From Gemmatimonadota bacterium (lineage in GTDB: Bacteria > Latescibacterota > UBA2968 > UBA8231), in the NCBI GenBank assembly GCA_038153405.1, contig JAYOYH010000024.1, positions 1-14,663 of the forward strand: DNA of 14,663 nt, read 5' to 3'. Made by a program: the position numbers and the translations under genes. Positions within the stretch are counted from its first letter, which is position 1; each line of letters starts with the position of its first letter. The notes beneath the pieces were generated by a model. It made no database searches. It was not told where the DNA came from and was given only the letters and a program-made list of their open reading frames with translations. This document shows positions 1 through 7,155 of this stretch, one piece after another.

Positions 1-352
1 CCTGATCGTGAAAGAGCTGGATATTGGGCCCGATTAAATCTTCGGCGATATCGAGGATGCGCGCGTCATAGAGCAGCTGGCGGAAGGCCATACTGCGCTC
101 GCAAACCTGCACGATTTGCAGCATTTGCTCCTGGGCGTGCAGCTTGTCTTCCAGCGCATCCGTGTCGGAAATAGACAAGTTGCGAAAGCGATTGCTCTGG
201 CGGGCTTCGGCAAAGACGCGGTCGTATTCGCTGCGCAGCACCTCGACGGTTTCGCCGTCGAGCAAGGGGCCGATACGCAGGTAGCCACGGGCGCGAAAGT
301 CATCGATCTGGGCATCGCTCAGTGCGCGCGTAGTTTGCGGCGTGTTGGTCAT
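1..352 (-). CDS. Phytanoyl-CoA dioxygenase (PhyH) family Fe(II)/2-oxoglutarate dioxygenase, N-terminal part; runs off the left edge
   Basis: Not in the ORF track because there is no stop in the window. Manual translation from ATG at 352: MTNTPQTTRALSDAQIDDFRARGYLRIGPLLDGETVEVLRSEYDRVF...FRQLLYDARILDIAEDLIGPNIQLFHDQ. The 'LS..QI..F...GY.....LL' start and 'ILD.A..L.G..I.LFHDQ' are typical of PhyH. SD GGGAGG lies 8 nt upstream. The HxD...H triad is outside the window. Confidence 0.85.
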   Translation of the reverse strand, partial: MTNTPQTTRALSDAQIDDFRARGYLRIGPLLDGETVEVLRSEYDRVFAEARQSNRFRNLSISDTDALEDKLHAQEQMLQIVQVCERSMAFRQLLYDARILDIAEDLIGPNIQLFHDQ

Positions 353-368
353 ACCTATACCCTCCCGT

Positions 369-1547
369 TTAGAAGCCGACCTGTCGAACGTCAATATAGC
401 GATTTTTCTGCGCCGATTCGCGCGCTGCTATGCAGGCATAGGCGCTCTGAATTCCGGTGGCAATCGGCGTGCGAGATGTCTTTATGCGGCCCTCTATGAG
501 GTCTACGAAGTCGCGGGCCAGCTGCAGGTCGCCGCCAAAGTGGCTGGCGCTACCGCTGGCCACTTCGGTGGCGCTGAAGGGGGCGTGGTGGCGCACGCGG
601 TGCAGGTCGCCGCGGTACCAGTCGAAGCGGACGGTGCCATCGTACCCGCTAATGGTCGCGCCGCGCTGTCCGGCATCGCGCCGAGCGTAAAATACTTGGG
701 TGTAGACGCCGTGCGCTCCCGAGGCGAATTCGAGCAGGGCGGATGAACAGTCCTCGTTGAGGGTGCCGTCGTCGGCGCGCCCGCAGTCGCGGGCAAAGAG
801 ACAGCGGTGATCGCTCTGCGATCCGGAGGTGCCGCTGCGCTGGCGGTTATCCGGACTTTCCTTGCAGGTGGCCCTGTCGTCGCATTGAGAGCAGAAGAGC
901 CCGCTTTTCTTGTTGCCGCCAAATACGCGTCCGCGCGTGGCCATGGCGGCCACGCGCACGATAGGTTCGCCCATCAGATACATCAAGTAATCGAAGTCGT
1001 GCGTTGCTTTTTGCAGGAAAAGCCCTCCGGTGACGGCATAGTCTCGGTAGGGCGCTTCCCAATAGACCGTGCCGTAGGGCACGTAGTTGGTCGCGGCAAT
1101 GTGCACGGGGTTGCCCACGGCGCCTTCGCTTACGTAGCGCCGCGCCAGTTCGCAGAGGGGCGACACGCGCAGGGGAAAGCTGACGACGACGGGGCAGCGC
1201 GTCTTGGCAAAGGCCCTTTCGAGCGCCGTTGCTTGGCGCAGGTCGATGGCGACGGGCTTTTCGAGAAAGAGCGGTAGATCGCCGGCTGCGGCCTGAATGG
1301 CGTAGCGCGCATGGAGATTGCAGCGCGTGCCTATGGCCAGCGCGTCGATGGGTGCTTGGCGCAGCATACGGGCCACATCCTTGTAAAACACGGCCTCGCG
1401 ATCGCACGCATCCAGCCGCTGGCGAACGCCTTCTTCGTCGGGGTCTACAATCGCCGTAATGCGGAGGTCGGGATCTAATTTGCGAAAGTTATGGGTGATC
1501 ATGCCGTGAATGCGACCGCCGTATCCAACAACGCCGAGGCGAGTCAT
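369..1547 (-). CDS. Gfo/Idh/MocA family NAD(P)-dependent oxidoreductase with Cys-rich insert
   Basis: Rossmann-type LGVVGYG, LEKP motif, GGLFLQKATHDFD, C-terminal HFGGD. ATG at 1547 preferred over GTG at 1556 because AGGAG (1556-1560) lies 8 nt upstream of it. Confidence 0.92.
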   Translation of the reverse strand: MTRLGVVGYGGRIHGMITHNFRKLDPDLRITAIVDPDEEGVRQRLDACDREAVFYKDVARMLRQAPIDALAIGTRCNLHARYAIQAAAGDLPLFLEKPVAIDLRQATALERAFAKTRCPVVVSFPLRVSPLCELARRYVSEGAVGNPVHIAATNYVPYGTVYWEAPYRDYAVTGGLFLQKATHDFDYLMYLMGEPIVRVAAMATRGRVFGGNKKSGLFCSQCDDRATCKESPDNRQRSGTSGSQSDHRCLFARDCGRADDGTLNEDCSSALLEFASGAHGVYTQVFYARRDAGQRGATISGYDGTVRFDWYRGDLHRVRHHAPFSATEVASGSASHFGGDLQLARDFVDLIEGRIKTSRTPIATGIQSAYACIAARESAQKNRYIDVRQVGF

Positions 1548-1809
1548 TGCGCACACTCCTCTCGTTTTTAGCGACCTAAGCTAATGCCAATGAGGGTATG
1601 CGTCCACTGGTCGGTCATAGTAAATAGCGACGCAGCCTAGTCGCCGTAAGGAGTGGGCGCTGTGTGTTGGCACGCCGAAGAAATTTGGGCATTTTTTTCG
1701 CAACGGCGTTTTTGATGGTGCGGAGAACTGGAAATGGGATACACCTTACCGATGGGGTAGTCGCATTGGCAAGGTCCCCGTCGGCAACTCGAAACGACTA
1801 GGATAGAAC

Positions 1810-2808
1810 ATGAAAAAAGCGGTCTTTTTTTCCGATGCAGCGCACCAGCTTGATCGCGTATATGCCCGGGGTAGAATGGAGCGTCTACGCGCCCACGTCG
1901 ATCTCTATCCCCACGTGGTGGGGAAGGCTAATTTCGCCGAACACGCCGCATGGCTGTCCGACGTAGAGGTGGCTTTTTCAACTTGGGGGATGCCTGATTT
2001 TGGCGAGAGAGAACTCGCACAGATGCCGGAGTTGCGCGCGTTGTTTTATGCAGCGGGATCGGTCCAGAGCTTTGCTCGACCCTTCCTGACCCGCGATATC
2101 GCCGTCGTCAGCGCCTGGGCGGCCAACGCCGTGCCCGTTGCCGAGTTTGCCCTGGCGCAAATACTGCTTTCCTGCAAAGGCTACTTCCGCAACGCGCGCG
2201 CCTGTAGCAATCCGCAGGCACACCACGCCGGAGCAGCCTTTCGCGGGGCAGGTGTTTTTGGCGAGACGGTCGGACTAATAGGTGTTGGCATGGTGGGCCA
2301 AGCCCTGTGTGGGCTGCTGCAGTCATTTAATTTGCCCATCATCGGCCACGACCCCTTTATATCGCCTGCGCTAGCCGACCAATTGGGGGTGGAAATGGTC
2401 GAATTGCCCGCGCTTTTTGCGCGCTCGTACGTCGTGAGCAACCACTTGCCCAATATCCCACAGACGCAGAGTATGCTGGGACGATCGCTCTTCGCCTCGA
2501 TGCGCGAGAATGCGACCTTTATTAACACGGGGCGTGGAGCGCAGGTGGTCGAGGGCGAATTAATCGAGGTGCTGTCGGTGCGTCCGGATCTGACGGCGCT
2601 ACTCGACGTGACCTTTCCCGAACCGCCGGCTGCCAACTCGCCGCTCTATACCCTGCCCAACGTGCAACTGAGCTCGCATATTGCCGGTTCGCTAGGTGAT
2701 GAAGTGGTGCGCATGGCCGACTATGTGCTGGAGGAATTCGAGCGCTGGACGCGCGGCCAGGCGCTGCGCTACGCCGTATCGCTGGAGATGCTGGAAACGA
2801 TGGCCTAG
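1810..2808 (+). CDS. D-isomer-specific 2-hydroxyacid dehydrogenase family protein, substrate unknown
   Basis: ANAVPVAE, GLIGVGMVG (GxGxxG), FINTGRG (Arg), ALLDV..PEP (Glu), SSHIAG (His): complete Arg/Glu/His catalytic set. AGGA upstream of the ATG. Confidence 0.92.
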   Translation: MKKAVFFSDAAHQLDRVYARGRMERLRAHVDLYPHVVGKANFAEHAAWLSDVEVAFSTWGMPDFGERELAQMPELRALFYAAGSVQSFARPFLTRDIAVVSAWAANAVPVAEFALAQILLSCKGYFRNARACSNPQAHHAGAAFRGAGVFGETVGLIGVGMVGQALCGLLQSFNLPIIGHDPFISPALADQLGVEMVELPALFARSYVVSNHLPNIPQTQSMLGRSLFASMRENATFINTGRGAQVVEGELIEVLSVRPDLTALLDVTFPEPPAANSPLYTLPNVQLSSHIAGSLGDEVVRMADYVLEEFERWTRGQALRYAVSLEMLETMA

Positions 2809-3857
2809 GCGATCATGCCGCCGCCCAGACAGATCTCGCCGTCGTAAAATACGGCGTGCTGACCAGGGGCGATGCCGGGATCGGGGTGGCCCAGTGCGAG
2901 TCGGGCCTGGCGCTCCGATTGCAGGTCGAGGTGGCAGGGAATCAGTTCGGGGCCGTGGCGCAGCTTGACCTGCAGGGCGCCGTGCTGGGGGGCGTCGCCG
3001 ATCCAATGGATCTGCTGGACGTCCAATTGGTCGCGCAAACGCTCTTCGCGCCGTTCGTGGTGGGAAATGTAGATCGTATTGCGCTCGGGGTCTTTGCCCA
3101 CCACGTACCAGGGACCGCCGCCTAGTCCAAGGCCGTGTCGTTGGCCAATCGTGTGGAACCAGTATCCGCGATGTTCCCCCTTTTTTTCACCGCTCTCGCG
3201 TTCGACGACGGGGCCGGACTGTTCGCCTAGGTGAAAGGCGACAAAATCGCGGTAGCTTATTTTGCCGAGAAAGCAGATACCTTGGCTGTCTTTGCGGTCT
3301 CTGGCGGGTATGGCCCATTCGCTAGCCAGCGTGCGCACCTGGGCTTTTTGCAGGTGCCCGATGGGAAAGAGCAAGCGCGCCAATTGATCTTGGCGCAGAT
3401 TGGATAAAAAATAGGTCTGGTCCTTTACCGGGTCGGGCGCGCGCCGCAGCGAGAAGGTTTCTTTATGCTGGGCGATTTGCGCGTAGTGCCCCGAGGCGAC
3501 CTTATCGAACTCTCCATTCAGACGGTCGAAAAAAGCGCCGAATTTGATGCGCTCGTTGCAGAAGATATCGGGACTCGGCGTCCGGCCGGCGCGCAGTTCG
3601 GACAGGGCATGCTCGACGATGCGCTGGCGATACTCCGTTTGCAGAGGCACGATGCGAAGGGGCACGTCGAGCTGCTGGCAGACGGCGCGTGCGTAGCGCA
3701 GGTCCTCTTCCCATGGGCAGTCGCCGAGAAACGCCAAGTCGTCTTCAAGCCAGATCTTGAGGTAGAACGCTTGAACTTCTACGTCGGGCTGGCGCACGAG
3801 TAGGTGCAGGGCCAACGAGCTATCGACGCCGCCCGACAGGAGTAGGGCTACTCTCAC
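2805..3857 (-). CDS. mnmA: tRNA-specific 2-thiouridylase MnmA
   Basis: PP-loop SGGVDS, TPSPDIFCNERIKFG, SGHYA, KDQTYFL, RKDSQGICF, HTIGQRHGLG, APGQ. GTG start overlaps the upstream TGA (GTGA). Confidence 0.97.
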   Translation of the reverse strand: MRVALLLSGGVDSSLALHLLVRQPDVEVQAFYLKIWLEDDLAFLGDCPWEEDLRYARAVCQQLDVPLRIVPLQTEYRQRIVEHALSELRAGRTPSPDIFCNERIKFGAFFDRLNGEFDKVASGHYAQIAQHKETFSLRRAPDPVKDQTYFLSNLRQDQLARLLFPIGHLQKAQVRTLASEWAIPARDRKDSQGICFLGKISYRDFVAFHLGEQSGPVVERESGEKKGEHRGYWFHTIGQRHGLGLGGGPWYVVGKDPERNTIYISHHERREERLRDQLDVQQIHWIGDAPQHGALQVKLRHGPELIPCHLDLQSERQARLALGHPDPGIAPGQHAVFYDGEICLGGGMIA

Positions 3858-4390
3858 AGCAGGCTCGCCTGCAGGTGGGGCACGAAGTGGTCGATGGGCG
3901 GCACGACTAGGTCGGGCACTTTGCCGCAGTCGTCCCAGCGCCGCAGGCGCACGGCGTCCATTGCGTGGGCTTGGCGTATAAACGCGGTGGCCTCTCTATC
4001 GGAAAATGGACCGCCCTGCAGTTTGAGGCTGTGCACCGAAGCGGGAGATAGATCGGCCAAATAGGCCGCATCGACGGCGCACAGATAGCGCTTGGCCGCT
4101 ACGTGCAGTCGGCCCGGTTCGATGGCCGCGCTCTGAAAGTGTCCGCTCAAATAGGCCGCTCCGCTCTCCTCGTGGCCGGCGTCAATATTGCGTAGGGCAG
4201 CATCTTCGTCCTGTAGCAGATGGCCAATATCGTGCAGCAGGGCGGCGGCCACCAATGTTGCGGGTGCTCCCTCGCTCTCGGCTAGCGTGGCGGTTTGCAG
4301 CGCGTGCTCGAGTTGAGTTACGGACTCGCCGTATTCGAGGTGGCCTCGTTGGGCAAAGTGAGCAAAGACATCGTCAAGGATTGCGCTCAT
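3854..4390 (-). CDS. phnZ: PhnZ/TmpB-like HD-domain diiron oxygenase (phosphonate degradation-associated)
   Basis: YGESVTQLEHALQ, AALLHDIGH, GHEESGA, RLHVAAKRYL, LSPASVHSLKLQGG and LRRWDDCGK match the PhnZ ligand pattern. Start uncertain: in-frame ATGs at 4390, 4402 and 4426, none with a good SD. Family is confident, substrate is not. Confidence 0.85.
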   Translation of the reverse strand: MSAILDDVFAHFAQRGHLEYGESVTQLEHALQTATLAESEGAPATLVAAALLHDIGHLLQDEDAALRNIDAGHEESGAAYLSGHFQSAAIEPGRLHVAAKRYLCAVDAAYLADLSPASVHSLKLQGGPFSDREATAFIRQAHAMDAVRLRRWDDCGKVPDLVVPPIDHFVPHLQASLL

Positions 4391-4401
4391 GGCTCTCGGC
4401 A

Positions 4402-4454
4402 TTGGTGTAGTTGGTGGATAATACATATAATAAGTGCGCCGTGCAGGAGGGCAA
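4402..4454. promoter_or_regulatory. Candidate divergent sigma70-type promoters with overlapping -10 elements
   Basis: Plus strand TTGGTG(4402-4407)-N18-TATAAT(4426-4431). Minus strand TTGCCC(4454-4449)-N16-TATTAT(4432-4427). AT-rich patch between divergent genes. Confidence 0.4.
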
Positions 4455-4472
4455 GAAACGAGGGCTGCACGG
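4439..4472. repeat. Perfect 8-bp inverted repeat CCGTGCAG-N18-CTGCACGG
   Basis: Arms at 4439-4446 and 4465-4472 read directly from the sequence. Function unknown. Confidence 0.55.
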
Positions 4473-4553
4473 AGAGAGAATAGGAGAATACGGCGCGCAA
4501 AAAGTGCGTAGAAAAACCATAGTTAAAAAACAAATTACAATGGGAGATTGGAA

Positions 4554-4940
4554 ATGAAATTTGAACATTTTGCCATCAATGTAACGGACCCAGTAGCCGT
4601 TGCTCAGTGGTATGTTGACCATTTGCAGATGCGCGTAGTGCGCCAGAGCGAAGGCCCGGTTTTTATGCATTTTTTGGCCGATTCGACGGGGCGCGTAGTT
4701 ATCGAACTCTACAACAATCCGCCTGAACTCATCCCCGACTATGCGTCGCAGGATCCGCAAGTCTTACACATGGCGTTCGCCGTCGAGGATATGCAGGGCA
4801 CCATTGAGCGGTTGGAGAAGGCCGGTGCACACTTAGTTGGAGGTCCAGGGCCGACGCCGGCTGGCGATACGCTGGCGATGCTGCGCGATCCCTGGGGCTT
4901 TGCCATTCAGTTGACGCAGCGCGCAACACCCATGGTGTAG
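4554..4940 (+). CDS. VOC (glyoxalase/bleomycin resistance/dioxygenase) family protein
   Basis: 128 aa: FEHFAINV.D.....WY, VIELY, LHMAFAVED, LRDPWG.AIQL. ATG at 4554 with GGGAG 7 nt upstream, preferred over TTG at 4548. Confidence 0.9.
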   Translation: MKFEHFAINVTDPVAVAQWYVDHLQMRVVRQSEGPVFMHFLADSTGRVVIELYNNPPELIPDYASQDPQVLHMAFAVEDMQGTIERLEKAGAHLVGGPGPTPAGDTLAMLRDPWGFAIQLTQRATPMV

Positions 4941-4949
4941 GGGGCGATT

Positions 4950-5870
4950 GTGCTATACAGAGCGTTTGGTAAGACCGGGTGGCAGGCATCGGCCATTGGG
5001 CTGGGCACTTGGAATATTGGCAATCAGTGGGGAATGGTCGATGAGAGCACGGCGTCGGCGACGATTCGCTCGGCGCTGGACTGCGGCGTCAACCTATTCG
5101 ATACGGCCGAGTCCTATGGATTGCCGAACGGGCTGTCGGAAGAGCGCTTGGGACGGGCTCTGGTCGGCGTGCGCCATCGGGTCATATTGGTTAGCAAAAT
5201 TGGCAATTGGGGCAAGCGCACCGGCCAGGAAGTGCCCAAGACTACGGTCGATATGATACGCCTCTGCGCGCACGCGTCCCTGCATCGCCTGCGCTGCGAT
5301 TGGCACGACGTGCTGCTGTGCCACGAAGGGGGCATCGACGATCCCTCCATTTATCTGGAAGGGTTTGCCGCCCTCGTTGAGGAAGGACGTCTGCGAGCCT
5401 ACGGCATTTCCACTAATAGTCTGGATGTGGTCAAGCGCTTTAATCGAGAGGGACGGTGTGCAGTCGTGCAGGTCGACTATTCGCTGCTCAATCGCCAGCC
5501 GGAAGCGGCGCTGTTGCCCTACTGCGAAGAGCACGGCATCGCCGTTATGGTGCGTGGACCGCTGGCTAAGGGCCTGCTATCGGGCCGCTACGATCACGGC
5601 AGCGCCTTTGTCGACGACGTGCGGGCCGGATACAACGCAGGGGGGAGCGATCGCGCGGCCTGTGAGCGCATGCTCGACCAGGTCGAGCGGCTGAAGGGCG
5701 TGGTCAGGCCGGGAGCGGATATGGTGCGCACCGCGCTGCGCTACGTCATTTCGCACTCGTCCAGTCCCTTCGCTATTCCCGGAGCTAAATCGCCCGCACA
5801 GGCTCGGGCCAATGCCGAGGCGGGTGCTGCCGTGTTGACAGAGGAAGAGGTCGCCGCCCTGCGGGTGTAG
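4950..5870 (+). CDS. Aldo/keto reductase
   Basis: YRAFGKTG...SAIGLGTW, FDTAESYG (Asp, Tyr), SEERLG, VSKIG (Lys), LLCH (His), YGIS, PLAKGLLSG, AIPGAKS. GTG start. Confidence 0.95.
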   Translation: MLYRAFGKTGWQASAIGLGTWNIGNQWGMVDESTASATIRSALDCGVNLFDTAESYGLPNGLSEERLGRALVGVRHRVILVSKIGNWGKRTGQEVPKTTVDMIRLCAHASLHRLRCDWHDVLLCHEGGIDDPSIYLEGFAALVEEGRLRAYGISTNSLDVVKRFNREGRCAVVQVDYSLLNRQPEAALLPYCEEHGIAVMVRGPLAKGLLSGRYDHGSAFVDDVRAGYNAGGSDRAACERMLDQVERLKGVVRPGADMVRTALRYVISHSSSPFAIPGAKSPAQARANAEAGAAVLTEEEVAALRV

Positions 5871-5936
5871 CGTTTTCGGCGCGGGGAAACGCGGCCTGCT
5901 GAGATATATTTTTGTCGGTGCGATTGGGGAGGGGAT

Positions 5937-7151
5937 TTGTCAACGCACGGGAGTGATTCTCGACATTTAGTGCTGGCCGTATACGTGCCGGCGCTAGTGT
6001 TGGCCATTAGCAAGGGGCTGTTACTGCCCATCATGCCGCTGTACGTGCGCTCCTTTGATGTTTCGTACGGGCTAGTTGGGCTGGTGCTGGCGGCCGAAAG
6101 CGCGGGCACCTTGCTCAGCGATATGCCGGCCGGCGTGCTGATTCGTCGCTTGGGGCACAAATCGTCTATGCTGCTGGGGGCCGGGTGCAGCATTGTTGGG
6201 GCGCTGGCCCTATTCTGGGTTGATGAACTGGCGCTCGTCGTTTTTTTTAGGCTGATATCGGGTGCGGGAGCAGCCCTATGGGGCATTTCTCGCCATGCGT
6301 ATATAGCCGATCTGGTGCAGGTGCAGCGCCGCGGTCGCTCTATCGCCGTCATGGGTGGCATCGGTCGCATAGGCGCCTTTGCCGGCCCGGCGCTGGGCGG
6401 GCTGATCGGCGCCCAATACGGTCTGCGCGCGCCCTTTCTTGCCTTTGCGTTACTCAGTCTGCTCGGCGTTGTGGCCGTGCTATTCTGGGTGCGCAGCGAC
6501 GGCGAGGAAGCCGAGAACCGTCTCGTCCAACACGGCTCGCTGTGGGATGTGTTCCGCGCGCACATGAGGCCCTTGCTAACGGCTGGATCGGGGCAGCTTT
6601 GCGCTCAACTCATCCGCTCGGCGCGCCACGTCATCATACCCCTATACGCGGCCGATATACTCGGGCTGGAAGTCAGCGCTGTCGGGCTGATTATCAGCGT
6701 ATCATCGGCGCTCGACATGCTGATGTTTTATCCGGCCGGTGTGATTATGGACAGCTTGGGTCGCAAGTTTGCCTATGTGCCGAGCTTTGCCATACAGGCC
6801 GTGGGCATGACGCTGATCCCGCTTGTCGATACCTACTGGGGTCTGCAGTTGGTTGCCGGTTTTATCGGCATAGGCAACGGGCTGGGCTCGGGCACTATGA
6901 TGACGCTGGGCGCCGATTTGGCACCGGAGAAGGCGCGTGGAGAATTCCTCGGCCTATGGCGTTTTATTGGCGATGCGGGCAGCGCGGCCAGTCCGGTGAT
7001 TGTCGGGTCTATAGCCGAGGCGATTGGCCTGGTCTTTGCTCCGCTTGGAGTGGCTGGCATTGGCCTGTCTGGTGCAGCTATTCTCGCCTTTTTTGTGCCG
7101 GAGACGCTGGAGAAAAAGCCGCTGAATACATCGCCAGAGAAAGGAGGGTGA
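5937..7151 (+). CDS. Major facilitator superfamily transporter
   Basis: 404 aa with about 12 hydrophobic segments, motif-A-like loops GVLIRRLGHK and GVIMDSLGRK, RRGRS and GPALGG. TTG start with GGAGG upstream. Confidence 0.93.
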   Translation: MSTHGSDSRHLVLAVYVPALVLAISKGLLLPIMPLYVRSFDVSYGLVGLVLAAESAGTLLSDMPAGVLIRRLGHKSSMLLGAGCSIVGALALFWVDELALVVFFRLISGAGAALWGISRHAYIADLVQVQRRGRSIAVMGGIGRIGAFAGPALGGLIGAQYGLRAPFLAFALLSLLGVVAVLFWVRSDGEEAENRLVQHGSLWDVFRAHMRPLLTAGSGQLCAQLIRSARHVIIPLYAADILGLEVSAVGLIISVSSALDMLMFYPAGVIMDSLGRKFAYVPSFAIQAVGMTLIPLVDTYWGLQLVAGFIGIGNGLGSGTMMTLGADLAPEKARGEFLGLWRFIGDAGSAASPVIVGSIAEAIGLVFAPLGVAGIGLSGAAILAFFVPETLEKKPLNTSPEKGG

Positions 7152-7155
7152 GCCG

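Noticed and set aside
34..1459. Alternative ORFs 34..315(-), 116..499(+), 342..746(+), 503..922(-), 807..1277(+), 847..1407(-) and similar
   Set aside because: Shadow frames overlapping the PhyH and Gfo/Idh/MocA genes, with no motifs and the Arg/Ala/Pro-rich composition expected of off-frame GC-rich DNA.
1711..1750. GATGGTG...ACACCTTAC resembling part of a fluoride riboswitch
   Set aside because: The flanking P1 stem and remaining conserved core are absent, and the downstream gene is not fluoride-related.
1810..2808. Phosphite dehydrogenase (PtxD) or serA, given the nearby phnZ-like gene
   Set aside because: Only family-wide motifs are present. The substrate loop reads YAAGSV, there is no ACT domain, and no ptxABC transporter is nearby.
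4536..4541. TACAAT as -10 box for the VOC gene
   Set aside because: The implied TSS (about 4548) would exclude the GGGAG SD at 4542-4546, and there is no convincing -35.
4391..4553. Pho box upstream of the phnZ-like gene
   Set aside because: No tandem CTGTCAT-like repeats at 11-bp spacing found by eye.
5870..5892. Short hairpin GCGTTTTC...GGAAACGC after the AKR stop as a terminator
   Set aside because: Weak AT-rich 8-bp stem with no adjacent U tract.
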